DNA of 64,000 nucleotides. Origin: Acidobacteriota bacterium. Its GTDB lineage: Bacteria; Acidobacteriota; UBA890. Below the pieces are notes generated by a model. That model was not told where the DNA came from. It was given only the letters and a program-made list of their open reading frames with translations, and ran no database searches. Location: positions 480,414-544,413 of the forward strand of contig CBDCBL010000010.1 of the NCBI GenBank assembly GCA_965214245.1, read 5' to 3'. The first letter of the stretch is position 1. Every line of letters begins with the position of its first letter. Shown in pieces: positions 63,497 through 64,000 of this stretch. Position numbers and translations under genes: made by a program.

Positions 63497-64000
63497 TACG
63501 ACGGGCGAACGTTGGTGAGCCGTGCCGGCTGCGAGGAGACGTTCGTGATGCTGAGCGTGTTGGTTTCCGGGTCGATCTCGAGCTCCGCACCGACCATCAT
63601 CGCGCCATCGCCCGTGTTGTCGGCGTCCAGTGTGAGTTGGATCAAGCTGATGCGGGCGTCCCTCGTACGAACCGGTTACCGCATTAATTCAACCCATCCG
63701 AGAGCACGGTCGGTGGCCAGGATGATGACGCGCTGGTCGCCCTGGCGGAACTCGCGGGCGTAGCAGAGCCGCACGCTGGGGAACCGCGTTTGCACCTGTG
63801 GGAAGCGGATGAAACCGACTTCCTCCTGTTTGTTGAGCGCATCGGCGAGCGCGTTGCTGCCCTCCTCGACGAGAACGGCGGCCAGCCCATTGCGTTCTTC
63901 GTCACTGCTCCAACGCCTGATCGAGATGATGACGCTGGTTTGACCGCTGGGGCCGGTCCCGACGTGTTGCGCAGTAGCGCGGAAGGTCTCTTCTTCTTGT
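63497..64000 (-). CDS. Hypothetical protein, 5'-partial at window edge, probably frame-broken. It ends 16 bp upstream of the permease start, which is preceded by a GGGAGG ribosome-binding site.
   Basis: Conserved-looking peptide ...GAELEIDPETNTLSITNVSSQPARLTNVRPS* in one frame and ...FIRFPQVQTRFPSVRLCYAREFRQGDQRVIILATD... in another. No family recognised. Confidence 0.25.

Noticed and set aside
1-64000. CRISPR arrays, restriction-modification, toxin-antitoxin or other defense loci
   Set aside because: No short regularly spaced repeats, cas-like genes, methyltransferase or endonuclease motifs or small paired ORFs were found. The repeats present are all IS copies, IS ends or small tandem duplications.

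Overview
This is a 64-kb, GC-rich window (roughly 65-70% GC by eye, with a few clearly lower-GC genes). It looks like bacterial chromosome. The gene content (sortilin/BNR beta-propeller paralogs, PadR plus ADOP/FtsX-MacB-like permeases, PD40 propellers, Tat-exported enzymes) suggests a Gemmatimonadota- or Acidobacteriota-like organism, but that is inference.

The window has two faces:
- A conserved backbone: amtB-glnK-glnA followed by a flotillin-like protein and a porin; a SorAB-type sulfite dehydrogenase with cytochrome c and a DsrE-like protein; rdgB-GerMN-amidase; M28 and S9 peptidases; a dapC-like aminotransferase with dapD and dapB; pdxH; an MFS transporter; IorAB-type molybdo-oxidoreductase subunits; tRNA-Pro(TGG).
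- A remarkable concentration of insertion sequences:
  - three nearly identical 1368-bp IS256-family elements plus a 364-bp fragment;
  - two 1260-bp IS3-family elements (IS407-like ends TGACC...GGTCA) plus two solo right-end remnants;
  - a third, different IS3-family element.

These elements truncate or split at least seven host genes: sulfatase, Ser/Thr kinase, an outer-membrane protein, an NAD-dependent epimerase, a quinone oxidoreductase, a sortilin paralog, and an ADOP permease.

The segment 25808-41649 has a symmetric nested architecture: IS3(+) | truncated IS256 | about 11.7 kb of mosaic-GC cargo including the nitrogen module | IS256 fragment | IS3(-).

Many otherwise well-conserved genes, including core ones (dapC-like, MFS, SorB cytochrome, permeases), carry single-base frameshifts. 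Most sit at short G or C runs. This points to systematic indel errors in the assembly rather than real decay, so pseudogene calls here are provisional.

No CRISPR array, restriction-modification system or other recognisable defense system was seen.
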